A stretch of DNA of 62,817 nucleotides, the filler included, from Deltaproteobacteria bacterium (GTDB lineage Bacteria; JAUYMQ01): the NCBI GenBank assembly GCA_030698575.1. It is 6 parts of 6 records of this genome, joined end to end, with 100 filler letters (N's around TTAATTAATTAA, not from the genome) between each part and the next. Parts side by side here need not be neighbours in the genome. Positions count along the whole stretch, not along the records: positions 5,912 to 8,624 come from JAUYMQ010000097.1; positions 8,725 to 13,165 come from JAUYMQ010000244.1; positions 13,266 to 17,893 come from JAUYMQ010000247.1; positions 17,994 to 48,719 come from JAUYMQ010000256.1; 2 more parts are not named here. One strand, 5' to 3'. Positions 8,172 to 18,954 of this stretch are shown in pieces. The notes beneath the pieces were generated by a model. It saw only the letters and a list, made by a program, of their open reading frames with translations, ran no database searches and was not told the origin of the DNA. Position numbers and translations under genes: made by a program. Each line of letters starts with the position of its first letter. Within the stretch, counting starts at the first letter, position 1.

Positions 8172-8624
8172 ATGCCAGCGACCAGACCTATGGCTCATCG
8201 GAACGACGATGCGCTGATTCAGGCGATCTTGGCGGGATCGCCGGAGGCGTTCGAGGATCTGTACGAGCGCCACTTTCCCCGTGTGTTCGGCTTCGTTTCG
8301 CGACGGCTCTCGGACAGGTCGGATGTCGAGGACGTGGTTCAGAACGTCTTCGTCCACGCCCTGACCAATCTGTCGAGCTATCGCGGCGAGGGAGCCTTCC
8401 TGAGGTGGCTGTACGGGATCACGCGCAACCTGCTTCGGCGCCACTATCTGAAGAAGAACCGCGCGGCCGAGCGACTGGGGCGGACGCGCCTCGACGTGAC
8501 CGAATCGCCTGACCTGCTTCAGGACGAGATCACGCCCGAACGGCATTTCGAGGCCCGGCAGCTGGGCCGCAAGGCGGCCGAGAAGCTCGATAAACTCTCC
8601 CCGGACGCCCGCGAGACCTTCCTG
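8172..8624 (+). CDS. ECF RNA polymerase sigma-70 factor (3' truncated)
   Basis: AFEDLYERH, DVEDVVQNVF, FLRWLYGITRN; GGAGG RBS. Confidence 0.92.
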
Positions 8625-8724
8625 NNNNNNNNNNNNNNNNNNNNNNNNNNNNNNNNNNNNNNNNNNNNTTAATTAATTAANNNNNNNNNNNNNNNNNNNN
8701 NNNNNNNNNNNNNNNNNNNNNNNN

Positions 8725-8931
8725 CTCTTGGTCCCAGCTCGCGAGAATCTCCCCGGCCCGCGCCGCACTGCCGGCCAGTTCGAATGAAACAATGCCCTGG
8801 GGTGCGGCTTCGGTCCGGAGCGGCAGATCGAAGGCGCTCATCACCGCGATCAGGACAAGAGTCAGGACCGTTACAACGGCAAAGGCGCGCTTCTGCCCGC
8901 TCCGGCCGAGCCAGCCGAACGGATCCTTCAT
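8725..8931 (-). CDS. Membrane protein, N-terminal fragment
   Basis: TM segment followed by GIVSFELAG; runs off the contig. Confidence 0.65.
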
Positions 8932-9015
8932 GCGTCATTCTCCCCTCTCGTGCTAGGCTTCCCGCGACGCCTCGCCACCATCAGATCCAGGGACCCCGGG
9001 TGGCGCGTCGAACCC

Positions 9016-9654
9016 ATGTCTATACGCCTATCACTGATTCTGGCGACCATCGCGGCCCTGCTGGCAAGCGCCGGCGACCTGATGCTTCTCTACGTCGGGA
9101 ACAGCGCCTGCGCTGCCTTCGCTTCCCTTCCGCCGCCGCCAGCCGGAACACTCCTGCTGGGAAACTATCTCGGTGTGCTCTTTATCCCGCTCTACGCGCT
9201 CGGATACCGGGCCGTCTCGCTTCTGATCGCACCTGCCGGCGAGCGAGCCGCGAGAGTCGTCTTTACACTCGGCGCCGGCTGTGCCGCGCTCGGCGCGGTC
9301 GTGCACGGGATCACCGCTGTAAGCATTGCGGCCGATCGCGCGGCGGGCCGGCTCGGCGGGGATCCTTTCGAAGCCGTCATGCGTTACGGCGCCTTTCTCG
9401 GCCCTCTCTGGATCCTGCTTGCCCTCGCGGCCTTCGCGATCACTGTCCTGTACGCCCGCGCAGTGATGAGTGGGCGAAGCGGACTGCCGCGCCGGGCCTG
9501 GGTGGCGAACCCCGTTGCGCTGACCCTTCTTCCGGTCCTGCTGGTCGCCCCCTTCCCCGTGCTGCGGGAGTTCATCGTGCCTGCGGCCCCCAACCTGGCC
9601 CACGTCCTCTTCTTTGGAACCGCTCTCTTGTCGCGCAGCGTTAGATCTCTGTGA
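9016..9654 (+). CDS. Multi-pass membrane protein (DUF6796-like)
   Basis: About 6 hydrophobic segments, GDLML motif. Confidence 0.7.
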   Translation: MSIRLSLILATIAALLASAGDLMLLYVGNSACAAFASLPPPPAGTLLLGNYLGVLFIPLYALGYRAVSLLIAPAGERAARVVFTLGAGCAALGAVVHGITAVSIAADRAAGRLGGDPFEAVMRYGAFLGPLWILLALAAFAITVLYARAVMSGRSGLPRRAWVANPVALTLLPVLLVAPFPVLREFIVPAAPNLAHVLFFGTALLSRSVRSL

Positions 9655-10246
9655 TGCCGATGGTGCCCGGCTGCCGCTTCACCCTGTCCAGCCAGGCGGG
9701 GATTGCCTGGTAGCGCCCGAGATCGAAGCCCCCCTCGTGGGCCACATGCGTGTAGGCGTAGAGGGCGATGTCCGCGATGCTATAACGCCCGGCGACGAGG
9801 TAATCGCTCCGACGGAGGTGGTTTTCCATCACGTCGAGAGCTCCGTAGCCGGGGCCGCTTTTCTCCTCCAGGGCCTGCCGGTACTTGTCGGGCTGCTTGA
9901 GGAAATGGAGGTAAAAACGGGAGGTGGCGATGAAGGGTTCATGGCTGTACTGCTCGAAGAACATCCACTGAAGAATGCGTGCGCGCGTCTCCGGATCGGC
10001 GGGAAGGAGCGGCGTTCCGTCCGCCAGGTAGTTAAGAATTGCGTTCGACTCGGCGAGGTGCTTCCCCGGGGCATACTCGAGCAACGGCACGCGTCCGTTC
10101 GGATTCATGGCGAGGAAGGCGGGCGTCCGGCTCTCGCCCTTCAGGATGTCGATCTCGATCCACTCGTATTCGCGCCCGAGCTGTCGCAGCAGGAGCCGCA
10201 CCTTGTAACAGTTGCCCGACTCCAGTGATCCGTAAACTCGAAGCAC
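9641..10246 (-). CDS. Glutathione S-transferase
   Basis: SGNCYKVRL, NPNGRVP, ESNAIL, SIADIALY; GTG start with GGAGG. Confidence 0.93.
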   Translation of the reverse strand: MLRVYGSLESGNCYKVRLLLRQLGREYEWIEIDILKGESRTPAFLAMNPNGRVPLLEYAPGKHLAESNAILNYLADGTPLLPADPETRARILQWMFFEQYSHEPFIATSRFYLHFLKQPDKYRQALEEKSGPGYGALDVMENHLRRSDYLVAGRYSIADIALYAYTHVAHEGGFDLGRYQAIPAWLDRVKRQPGTIGITEI

Positions 10247-10462
10247 ACGCACCTCCGGAGCAGCCACCCCCGACCGCCCACACCTGCAACGGAGGCTAGC
10301 ACAGGACGCCGGAAGGCGGGAAGAACACGTTCCCGCTGAACTGCGTTCAGCCGAACCGGCCGGGCGCCCGGCGGCGAAGGGTCGCTGGGTCTTTCGGCGC
10401 TGTCTCCGGCCCCGGGCGGGCGTCGGCGGCGGGGTCACCCGTGAGCTGAAAGAGGACGCGCC

Positions 10463-11239
10463 ATGCCAGAGATTCTCTACGAGAAGAAGGATCACCTCGC
10501 CTTCATCCAGATCAACCGGCCCGAAAAACGAAACGCCTTCACCGTCGACATGTTCCGCCAGCTCGGAACCACCTTTGCAGAAACCGAGACCGACGCCGAC
10601 GTCCGCTGCACGGTCGTGCACGCCGCAGGGCACGATTTCACGTCGGGCCTCGACTTCGCCAACGTCGCGCCCGCCTGGGCTTCCGGCGAGCGGCCCTTCC
10701 TGGATAGCATGGTCGATCCCTGGGGCGTCGACGGCAAGAAGCGCACGAAGCCGATGGTCGTCGCAACGCAGGGCCGGAGCTTCACCCTGGGCACGGAGTG
10801 GGCCCTGGCCAGCGACACCTGCGTGGCCGCGAGCGACAGCATCTTCGCGTTGAAGGAAGTGCGGGTGGCCATCTATCCCGCGGGCGGCGGGACCTTCCGC
10901 TTCATTCAGGCGGCCGGCTGGGGAAACGCTATGCGGTACGTGCTGACCGGCGACGAATTCGATGCGGCGGAGGCGTACAGGCTGGGAGTCGTCCAGGAAG
11001 TGGTCGAGCCGGGGAAGCAGCTCGAACGCGCCGTCGAGATTGCCGAGACGATGGCCGCCGCAGCGCCGCTGGGGGTGCGGGGCGCCATCGCATCCGGCCG
11101 GGCCGCGCTCGAGCGGGGAGAGGGAGCCGCCATCGAGCGCGTGGTGCCCGACATGCAGTCCCTGCTGCAGACGGAAGACGCGCAGGAGGCCATGATGGCG
11201 CTGATGGAGCGGCGCCCACCGAAGTTCAAGGGGCGCTGA
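10463..11239 (+). CDS. Enoyl-CoA hydratase/isomerase (crotonase family)
   Basis: NRPEKRNA, FTSGLD, YPAGGGT, LTGDEFDA. Confidence 0.93.
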   Translation: MPEILYEKKDHLAFIQINRPEKRNAFTVDMFRQLGTTFAETETDADVRCTVVHAAGHDFTSGLDFANVAPAWASGERPFLDSMVDPWGVDGKKRTKPMVVATQGRSFTLGTEWALASDTCVAASDSIFALKEVRVAIYPAGGGTFRFIQAAGWGNAMRYVLTGDEFDAAEAYRLGVVQEVVEPGKQLERAVEIAETMAAAAPLGVRGAIASGRAALERGEGAAIERVVPDMQSLLQTEDAQEAMMALMERRPPKFKGR

Positions 11240-11453
11240 TCGGGTGAGACTCAGTCCTTCGTGGCGTCGAGGCTCACTACCGCCTCGTCGCCCACGACTT
11301 CCGCGCTGTGAACCGTCCCGCGGGGGACCGCCTGGCAGTCGCCAGCCTCGAGCTTGCGCCGCAGCGCCGCCTAGGTCACCGGCCCCTCTTTCGCCCTGTC
11401 CCACTTCTCCACGCCCATGTTCTCTGAAACTCTTCTGCAACCGGCGGTAACCT

Positions 11454-12320
11454 CTACCGCGCGACCTCTTTCCCCGCCTCTGCGCCGGCGCGGGGGAGGA
11501 TGGCAATCGCGCGAACGGGCGCCCCGGATCCCCCGGCGATCTTCATGGGGAGTGCGATGATCACCGCGCCGGTCGGCGGCAGCTTTTCCAGATTGGTCAG
11601 ATTTTCGAGACCTGGCACGTTCCCGGTGGCCGCGATCTGATGCACGATGAAGTCCTTCGAGGGGCCGTGATCGAGCGAGGCCGAGTCGACCCCGAGTCCG
11701 GCCACGCGGCGCTCCGTGACCAGCAGCTTCGCCGCGCTCTCACCGAAGGCCGGGAAGTGAAGCTTCGAGGCGTCTCCCGGCGTGTCGTCTCCGAGGTAGG
11801 CCTTGCGGTCCGGCCAGCGCCGGCTCCATCCCGTCCGGAGGATCACCAGCGTGCCCGGCGCGATCCTCCCGTGCATCTTCTCGAAGGCCAGCACGTCGGC
11901 GGCGCTCAGCCGGTAGTCGTGATCCTGGGCCGCGCGCGCCGAGACATCGATGACCACGGCGGGCGCGATCAGCTGATCGAGAGGCAGCTCATCCACCGTC
12001 TGTTTTCCCTCGCCAAAGTGCTCCGGCGCATCCAGGTGCGTCCCCCCGTGCTCCGGCGCACGAAACGCGTTGGCGGCGTAGAAGTAGCCCGCGTCCGTGT
12101 GGCCATGGGCCAGCTGGGTAAGTTCGAAGCCCGAAGCGGCGGTGGGCCAGTAGATCGTCCGGCTCTCGAAGGGATGGGTCAGATCAACCAGTTCGTGGCC
12201 GAAAAGATCGAGGGGGCTCCCGCCGCCGGCCGCGGAGGAGGCCTGCCCGGCCAGAAGCGCCAGCGTGAGAACCATCGCTCTGGAGATTCGCCAGCGGGCC
12301 GGTGCGCCGCGTGTGAGCAT
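11454..12320 (-). CDS. Cyclase family (kynurenine formamidase-like) metal-dependent hydrolase, probably exported
   Basis: EHGGTHLDAPEH, ENL, GGSGAPVR; start uncertain. Confidence 0.9.
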   Translation of the reverse strand: MLTRGAPARWRISRAMVLTLALLAGQASSAAGGGSPLDLFGHELVDLTHPFESRTIYWPTAASGFELTQLAHGHTDAGYFYAANAFRAPEHGGTHLDAPEHFGEGKQTVDELPLDQLIAPAVVIDVSARAAQDHDYRLSAADVLAFEKMHGRIAPGTLVILRTGWSRRWPDRKAYLGDDTPGDASKLHFPAFGESAAKLLVTERRVAGLGVDSASLDHGPSKDFIVHQIAATGNVPGLENLTNLEKLPPTGAVIIALPMKIAGGSGAPVRAIAILPRAGAEAGKEVAR

Positions 12321-12434
12321 TTCATTTCTCCCGGGAGGGGGTTTGTAGTATATCCCCTCTGCGGCGTGAGAGGCACGCCGCCCGCCGCTCCGACGGCAAG
12401 CGGGCGGCCCCAGGCTCCTCTGGAGGATTCCCGG

Positions 12435-13160
12435 GTGAGAGCGCGCGTTTTCGTGGGCGATGTGCAGGGGTGCGCCGATGAGATGGAAGATCTCCTCGCC
12501 GCCATCGACTACGATCCGGCGCTCATCGATCTCTGGTTCGTAGGCGATCTCGTCAATCGCGGCCCCGCTTCGGCCCGCGCGCTCCGGCGCGTGATGGCGC
12601 TCGGTGCAGGGAGCGTTCTCGGGAACCACGATCTGCATCTACTCGGCGTCGCTGCCGGCGAGCGGCCAACGCGCAAGGACGACACGATCAGCGACATCCT
12701 GGAGGCGAAGGACCGCGAGGAGTTGCTCGCCTGGCTCCGCGCGCGGCCGCTCGTGCGCGTCTGGGATGACCTCATTCTCGTTCACGCGGGACTTCATCCT
12801 CGCTGGCGCGACCCGCGCGCGATCGCGGCCCCGCTCGAGGAGGCCGTGTCGCGGGGCGAGATCCCCTGGGACGACGAGAATCTCCGGTTCATGACGGGGG
12901 TGCGCCACTGCGATTCCGCGGGGCGCCGCCCGACGGACGACCGGACCCCCTCGCCCGGCTTCGCGCCCTGGGACGCGCATTACCGCGGCAAGCGAAAAGT
13001 CGTTTGCGGGCACTGGGCCTCCCGCGGCTTCCTCCGGACCGAGCGGGTGCGCGGCCTCGACAGCGGGTGCGTCTGGGGGCGCCGGCTCACCGCCTGGAAT
13101 GCCGTGACCGACGCGATCATCTCGGTTCCCGCGCGCGCCACCTACCGTCAGGTACGCTGA
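12435..13160 (+). CDS. apaH: Symmetrical diadenosine tetraphosphatase-like metallophosphatase
   Basis: GDVQGC, GDLVNRGP, LGNHDLH, VHAG, GHW, LDSGCVWG. Confidence 0.88.
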   Translation: MRARVFVGDVQGCADEMEDLLAAIDYDPALIDLWFVGDLVNRGPASARALRRVMALGAGSVLGNHDLHLLGVAAGERPTRKDDTISDILEAKDREELLAWLRARPLVRVWDDLILVHAGLHPRWRDPRAIAAPLEEAVSRGEIPWDDENLRFMTGVRHCDSAGRRPTDDRTPSPGFAPWDAHYRGKRKVVCGHWASRGFLRTERVRGLDSGCVWGRRLTAWNAVTDAIISVPARATYRQVR

Positions 13161-13265
13161 TCGGANNNNNNNNNNNNNNNNNNNNNNNNNNNNNNNNNNN
13201 NNNNNNNNNTTAATTAATTAANNNNNNNNNNNNNNNNNNNNNNNNNNNNNNNNNNNNNNNNNNNN

Positions 13266-13341
13266 CGCGCTCCTCGCCGCCCATCCGGGCCGCCATCGCC
13301 CTGCGACGCTCGAGCTCTTCCAGTTCACGCTTCCAGCTCAT
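13266..13341 (-). CDS. N-terminal fragment, probably an acyl-CoA carboxylase carboxyltransferase
   Basis: MSWKRELEELERRRAMAARMGGEER; runs off the contig. Confidence 0.55.
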
Positions 13342-13388
13342 GGGAGTTCCCGGGAAAGTGCGGCGCTCGCGCGGGGGGGTGGGTGAAA

Positions 13389-13467
13389 TAATGGGGACGT
13401 TCACCATTTTCGGTGCCCGTCTCAGGAACGCGACGGCGACCGGGGAAAATGGTGAACGTCCCCATTA
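13389..13467. repeat. 23-bp perfect inverted repeat (REP-like) abutting the tRNA 3' end
   Basis: TAATGGGGACGTTCACCATTTTC at 13389-13411 and its reverse complement at 13445-13467. Confidence 0.85.
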
Positions 13468-13468
13468 A

Positions 13469-13555
13469 TGGTGCCCAGGACTGGAATCGAACCAGCACAC
13501 CCTTGCGGGTACCAGACCCTGAACCTGGCGCGTCTACCAATTCCGCCACCTGGGC
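13469..13555 (-). tRNA. tRNA-Leu(CAG)
   Basis: GCCCAGGTGGCGGAATTGGTAGACGC...TTCAGGG loop...GGTTCGATTCC...CCA; long variable arm; 87 nt. Confidence 0.96.
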
Positions 13556-13742
13556 CCTATGTCGTTGCCACCTCTGAACGCCGCCATTATACTGCCCTCG
13601 ACCCGCCCGTCAATCGCCGCCGCGTGAACAGGCCCGTAGCCCATCGATCCGGCCACGTTCTCCCCGGCGGACCGAGGCGACCCTCCGACCGATCCCAGGG
13701 CGGGCCCGGCGTCACGCCGGCCGCCAGACGACCCGAGTTCGC

Positions 13743-16019
13743 ATGATCACCCCGCCTGTCATCGTCGCCTTTCTGGAGGCGCGCTCGCAGCACGCGGTCA
13801 CGCTCAAGACCATTCGTTCCCATTTCAATCTCCGAACCGACGAGCGGCGCTTTCTGAAGCGCATGCTCGCCGAGATGGTGGATGAGGGGCTCATCGTGAA
13901 AGTCGCAGGAAATCGCTACAAGACCCCCGGCTCGCGCGAGATGGTGACCGGGCGCGTCCAGCGCTTCGACGAGGGTTTCGCCTTCGTGATTCCCGAGGAG
14001 GCAGGGAGCCCTGATCTTTTCCTCTCGCCGCGAGCCGCCCAGGGCCTGGTCCAGGGCGACCGGGTGCTCGCGCGCATCAACCGGCGGGGCTCGCGCCCGA
14101 GCGGCTCGGTGGTGCGCGTTATAGAGCGCGCCCATCCCCGGGTGGCGGGCAAGATCGAGCGATACAAGAAGTTCTCCATCGTCCATCCCTACGGCGCGCG
14201 GGGGATCGGGCCGGTCAGCGTGGCCCAGGGGCACGAGATGGACGCCCCCGACGGGACCGTGGTCGTGGCCGAGGTGACCAGCTTCCCGACCGAGCAGGCC
14301 GGCGCCTTCGGCCGGGTGGCCGAGATCCTGGGCGATGCGTCCGATCCGAACGTGGAGTTCCAGGTAGTCGCTCTGAGCTTCGGGCTCCCCGTGCGCTACG
14401 CGCCGGACGCGGAGAAGGAGGCCGCCGATTGTCCGGCGAGTATTTCGGCCCGCGATCGGGAGGGGCGTCGGGATCTGAGGGACCAGGTTACGGTGACCAT
14501 CGACGGTGAGACGGCGCGCGATTTCGATGACGCCGTCGCGGTGGAGGAGCTTTCAGGCGGCGCGACCCGACTGCGCGTCTCGATCGCCGACGTGGCGCAT
14601 TACGTGCGCGAGGGGAGCGCTATCGACCGGGAGGCCTATGCGCGGGGGACCAGCGTTTATTTTCCTGATCGCGCGATCCACATGCTTCCCCCCGTGCTCT
14701 CGGCGGGCATCTGCAGCCTGAAGGAAGGGGAGGAACGCCTCACGCTCACGGCCGAGATGGAATTTGACGCCTCCGGGCGCCGGACGGGTTACCGGGTCTT
14801 CGAGAGCGTCATCCGGAGCCATGCCCGGCTCACCTACACGCAAGTAGCCGCGGCGCTGACGGGGGAAGGTGATCCGGGGAAACGCACGATGGATCTCATC
14901 GATCACCTCCGCCGCGTGGAAACCCTCGCCCGCCGCCTCGTCGCCGGCCGGATGGAGAAGGGAAGCATCGACTTCGACCTGCCGGAAGCCGAGCTCATCA
15001 TCGACGTCCAGGGGAAGACAGAAGACGTCGTGAAGCGCCAGCGCAACATCGCTCACCGGATAGTCGAGGAGTTCATGCTCCAGGCGAACATGGCCGTGGC
15101 GGAGTTCCTCGAGGGGCGTGGAGCGCCGGTCCTTTACCGCGTCCATGAGCCCCCGGAAGCGCAGGACATGAAGGAGTTCTCAGAGCTGGCGAAAGCCTTC
15201 GGCTTCACGCTGGATCTCAAGCGGGGAGTCCGGCCGAAGGATCTGGCTTCGATTCTCAGCCGCGTGAAGGCGCGCCCCGAGGAGCACCTGATCAACCAGG
15301 TGCTGCTCCGCTCGATGCGACAGGCGCGCTACTCCCCGAAGAATGCGGGGCATTTTGGTCTGGCTTTCGAGCACTACTGTCATTTCACCTCGCCCATACG
15401 CCGTTACCCCGACCTGATCAACCACCGGATTCTCAAGCGCGTCTTCCGCTCGGGCGACGTGGCCCGCGACAGCGCGGCGAAGCTCACGCAACAGCTCCTC
15501 GACCAGGGCGATCACACCTCCCGGCGGGAGCGGCTGGCGATGAACGCCGAGCGCGATATCGTGGCGCTGAAGAAAGCGCAGTTCATGGTCGACAAGATCG
15601 GGCAGGAGTATGAAGGATTCATCTCCGGGGTAACCAAGTTCGGCTTCTTCGTCGAGCTGGCGAAGTACTTCCTGGAGGGACTCGTCCCGCTGCGGACGCT
15701 CTACGACGACGACTACGTGTTCCACCCCCGGCTCTTCCAGCTGGCCGGCCGCGTGACCAAGCGCCGCTTTAGCCTCGGCGAGCGCGTGACTGTGCGGGTG
15801 GACGCCGTTGACGTGGATCGTCGCACGATCGACTTCGCGCTGCTCGGAAAGTCGGACGAGGGCGGATTGGCGGCGCCTCGCTGGCTCGAAGGCGCGGCGC
15901 CGAAGGGCCCGCGGCAACAGCAACCCGGCAAAGCGCGGCCGAAGGAGTCGGGGGGACAGCCGCCCGGCAAAGCGCGGCCGAAGGGCGGGCGGCGGAAGCG
16001 GCGCCGCGGGGGGCGCTAG
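13743..16019 (+). CDS. rnr: Ribonuclease R
   Basis: TIDGETARDFDDA, HFTSPIRRYPD, S1 domain, basic tail. Confidence 0.96.
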   Translation: MITPPVIVAFLEARSQHAVTLKTIRSHFNLRTDERRFLKRMLAEMVDEGLIVKVAGNRYKTPGSREMVTGRVQRFDEGFAFVIPEEAGSPDLFLSPRAAQGLVQGDRVLARINRRGSRPSGSVVRVIERAHPRVAGKIERYKKFSIVHPYGARGIGPVSVAQGHEMDAPDGTVVVAEVTSFPTEQAGAFGRVAEILGDASDPNVEFQVVALSFGLPVRYAPDAEKEAADCPASISARDREGRRDLRDQVTVTIDGETARDFDDAVAVEELSGGATRLRVSIADVAHYVREGSAIDREAYARGTSVYFPDRAIHMLPPVLSAGICSLKEGEERLTLTAEMEFDASGRRTGYRVFESVIRSHARLTYTQVAAALTGEGDPGKRTMDLIDHLRRVETLARRLVAGRMEKGSIDFDLPEAELIIDVQGKTEDVVKRQRNIAHRIVEEFMLQANMAVAEFLEGRGAPVLYRVHEPPEAQDMKEFSELAKAFGFTLDLKRGVRPKDLASILSRVKARPEEHLINQVLLRSMRQARYSPKNAGHFGLAFEHYCHFTSPIRRYPDLINHRILKRVFRSGDVARDSAAKLTQQLLDQGDHTSRRERLAMNAERDIVALKKAQFMVDKIGQEYEGFISGVTKFGFFVELAKYFLEGLVPLRTLYDDDYVFHPRLFQLAGRVTKRRFSLGERVTVRVDAVDVDRRTIDFALLGKSDEGGLAAPRWLEGAAPKGPRQQQPGKARPKESGGQPPGKARPKGGRRKRRRGGR

Positions 16020-16762
16020 CCCGTTCCCATCCGCGCCCCGATCACCGCCGCGAGCTTCTCCGCGAGCGGCCCGGCGTCGTCCTCGCCAAGGTTTGCCGTC
16101 GACTCGGCCGGGCCGATGGACACGCGGATCCGGCGGGGCGCGGCGTGCCACGCGCCGCGCTCTCCCGGCTCTCCCGGCTCGTATGTCTCCTCGAGGGCCA
16201 TGGGTATGACCGGTACGCCCGCTTCAATGGCCAGCCGGAAAGCCCCCCGCTTGAAGCGATGGAGCCCCGCCACGGGGCCGGGCCTCCCTTCCGGAAAAAC
16301 CAGCAGTGTGTAGCCCTCGCCAAGCCGCGTGATCCCCTCGCGCAGATCCGCCTCGGCCCGCGCCCGGTCCCCCAGCCTGATGAAGACGTGCCCCGCCCGA
16401 TCCGCCACGTATCCGAACAGCGGGATCTTGCGCATCTCCGCGCGGATGACTGCGCGCCACTGGAGCGGCAGCGCGGCCGCTGCGGCGTAGAAACCGTAGT
16501 GCGAGACATGGTTGGCCACGATCACGCAGGACCGGCCGGCATCGAGGTTCTCCAGCCCCTCCACGCGCAGTTCCACCCCGCACCAGAAGAGAATGAAGCG
16601 CCCCCAGGCTCGGGCGAACAGCCTGTGGCCGAGCCGGCCGCTCCCGGTGAGCGCGAGCGTCGGGATGCTCAGCGTGCCGCAGACGGTCAGGGCTGCGGCG
16701 ATCCCGAACCAGCGCCAGAGGCCTCGCAGCGTCCGCCAGACGCGCCCGAACGCGGGGGTCAC
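16016..16762 (-). CDS. 1-acyl-sn-glycerol-3-phosphate acyltransferase family (PlsC-like)
   Basis: ANHVS, FPEG, FKRGAF; HxxxxD motif altered to HVSHYG. Confidence 0.8.
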   Translation of the reverse strand: MTPAFGRVWRTLRGLWRWFGIAAALTVCGTLSIPTLALTGSGRLGHRLFARAWGRFILFWCGVELRVEGLENLDAGRSCVIVANHVSHYGFYAAAAALPLQWRAVIRAEMRKIPLFGYVADRAGHVFIRLGDRARAEADLREGITRLGEGYTLLVFPEGRPGPVAGLHRFKRGAFRLAIEAGVPVIPMALEETYEPGEPGERGAWHAAPRRIRVSIGPAESTANLGEDDAGPLAEKLAAVIGARMGTG

Positions 16763-17893
16763 GGTGATGACTCCCGGGGGCCTGGCGGTATCTCGATCAC
16801 CTGGTGGAGCGTGGCGGGGCCCAGCGCATCGAGAACCATCGGCGCGTCACCCGGCATGAAGCCAGGAAGCACGAGCGTCCGGACGGTCCAGCGGTAGTCG
16901 CCCGCCGGCAGGCCGGTGGCATCATGAACCTCGTAGGCAAGCGATCCGATCTCTCCCGGATGGTTCTCCGGGGCGTCGGGCCGATCCGCGTTGTCCCGGT
17001 AGCGGATCCTGACCTTCGGGGCCGCGACATCGTCGCCCTCACTCCCCCGGTCGAGCCATGAGAAGTACGCTGCCTGCTCACCGATGAGCACCGACCAGGA
17101 AGCGCGCGTCGCATCCAGCGCCCGTTCGGCGACGTCCATCCGCCCGTCCACGACGAACGGCGCCTCTGCGCCGGCGACCTGGAGGCGCATGCCGCGCGCA
17201 GCAGGGCTCCAGTCGGGACCCACGCGGAAGGAGAGGCGCGTAACGATCTGGCTCATCGCCGGCGGCTTGGCGAACCAGAGCGGGAACTCGAAGCCGTCCG
17301 GGTAGAAGATCTGGGCCTCATCGACCCAGGGCGAGCGGTAGCCGGGCATGAGGCGCACCCGCTGGCGGACGCCGCGCACCACGCGCACCGGGCCCGCGCG
17401 CAACCCCTCCACGTGGATTTCCATATCGCGCTCGCTCGCGCGCAGGGGAATAACGTGCAGCAGCCGGCCGCTGATGCGGATCTTCACCCGGTCGAGGATG
17501 TCGGGCGTCTCCGGGCCCGCGTGGAGGGTCGTTGATTCGGGGGGCGGCTCTGTTTCGAGGGGATGCAGGCGGAGGGTTTCGAGGATGCCGGGGTGGGCGC
17601 GCGAGAATTCGAGTGTGTAGGAGCGCGCCTCGATGCGATCTCCCCGTGCATTGCTTCGAACGTAACGGCGGGCTGAGCGCGGCGGCGGCGCGTCGAAGGC
17701 GAAGAGCGCGGCCGCGCCGCCCCGATCGATCTCGATGAGCGCGCCTCTGCGGCTCCCCGGCGGTGCTTCGCCTCGCGGCGGCAGCGAACCCAGGTCGCTT
17801 CGCATGAAGACGATCTCGTCGTCGGGCGCTAGCGGTCGGGCGTCCACGATGTCCTTCTCGCCTGGCGCGGCGAGCACGTGAAGGCGCCTGGGG
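16759..17893 (-). CDS. Hypothetical protein (5' truncated)
   Basis: Long ORF open to the contig end, coupled to the acyltransferase. Confidence 0.65.
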
Positions 17894-17993
17894 NNNNNNN
17901 NNNNNNNNNNNNNNNNNNNNNNNNNNNNNNNNNNNNNTTAATTAATTAANNNNNNNNNNNNNNNNNNNNNNNNNNNNNNNNNNNNNNNNNNNN

Positions 17994-18381
<388 letters not shown>

Positions 18382-18483
18382 TGCGTCCCTTTATTCAGCA
18401 AAAACGCGGGGCGACCAGACGCCCAGCATGGGCCGGTCTCGCTCCGCTAGAACCCCGCGGCCCGCCGCGGGGTTGACCCACTC

Positions 18484-18954
18484 CTACCAGCGGTAGTGGG
18501 CGAACGCCCGGTTGGCTTCCGCCATCCGGTGCGTGTCTTCCTTCTTCTTAATGGTCTCGCCTTCACCCTTCGAAGCGAGGATCAGCTCGGCGGCCAGGCG
18601 CTCCGCCATCGTCTTCTCTTTGCGCGCGCGGCTGTACTGAATGATCCAGCGCATGCCCAGCGCCGTGCGCCGCTCCGGCCGCACTTCGACCGGCACCTGA
18701 TACGTCGCGCCGCCCACGCGGCGCGACTTCACTTCCAGCGCCGGCTTCACGTTCGACAGCGCCTGCTTGAACACGTTCACGCCGGGCTGCCCCGTGCGCT
18801 GCTCGATCAGATCCATCGCCGAATAGAAGATCCGCTCCGACAGCGACTTCTTGCCGGCCGACATCAGGTTGTTCAGAAACTTCGACACCGTCTGGCTGTC
18901 GTAGCGCGGATCCGCCGGCACCGGCCGGCGCACCGCCTTCTTGCGACGACTCAC
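18484..18954 (-). CDS. rpsG: 30S ribosomal protein S7
   Basis: [27 protein letters not shown]. Confidence 0.99.
   Translation of the reverse strand: MSRRKKAVRRPVPADPRYDSQTVSKFLNNLMSAGKKSLSERIFYSAMDLIEQRTGQPGVNVFKQALSNVKPALEVKSRRVGGATYQVPVEVRPERRTALGMRWIIQYSRARKEKTMAERLAAELILASKGEGETIKKKEDTHRMAEANRAFAHYRW

Noticed and set aside
9641-11506. 621-aa apparent GST fusion
   Set aside because: The real GST starts at GTG 10246 with its own RBS; the upstream part is antisense to the enoyl-CoA hydratase
8725-17893. Contigs 3 and 4 as a novel system
   Set aside because: Ordinary housekeeping and metabolic genes; only the tRNA-adjacent inverted repeat stood out
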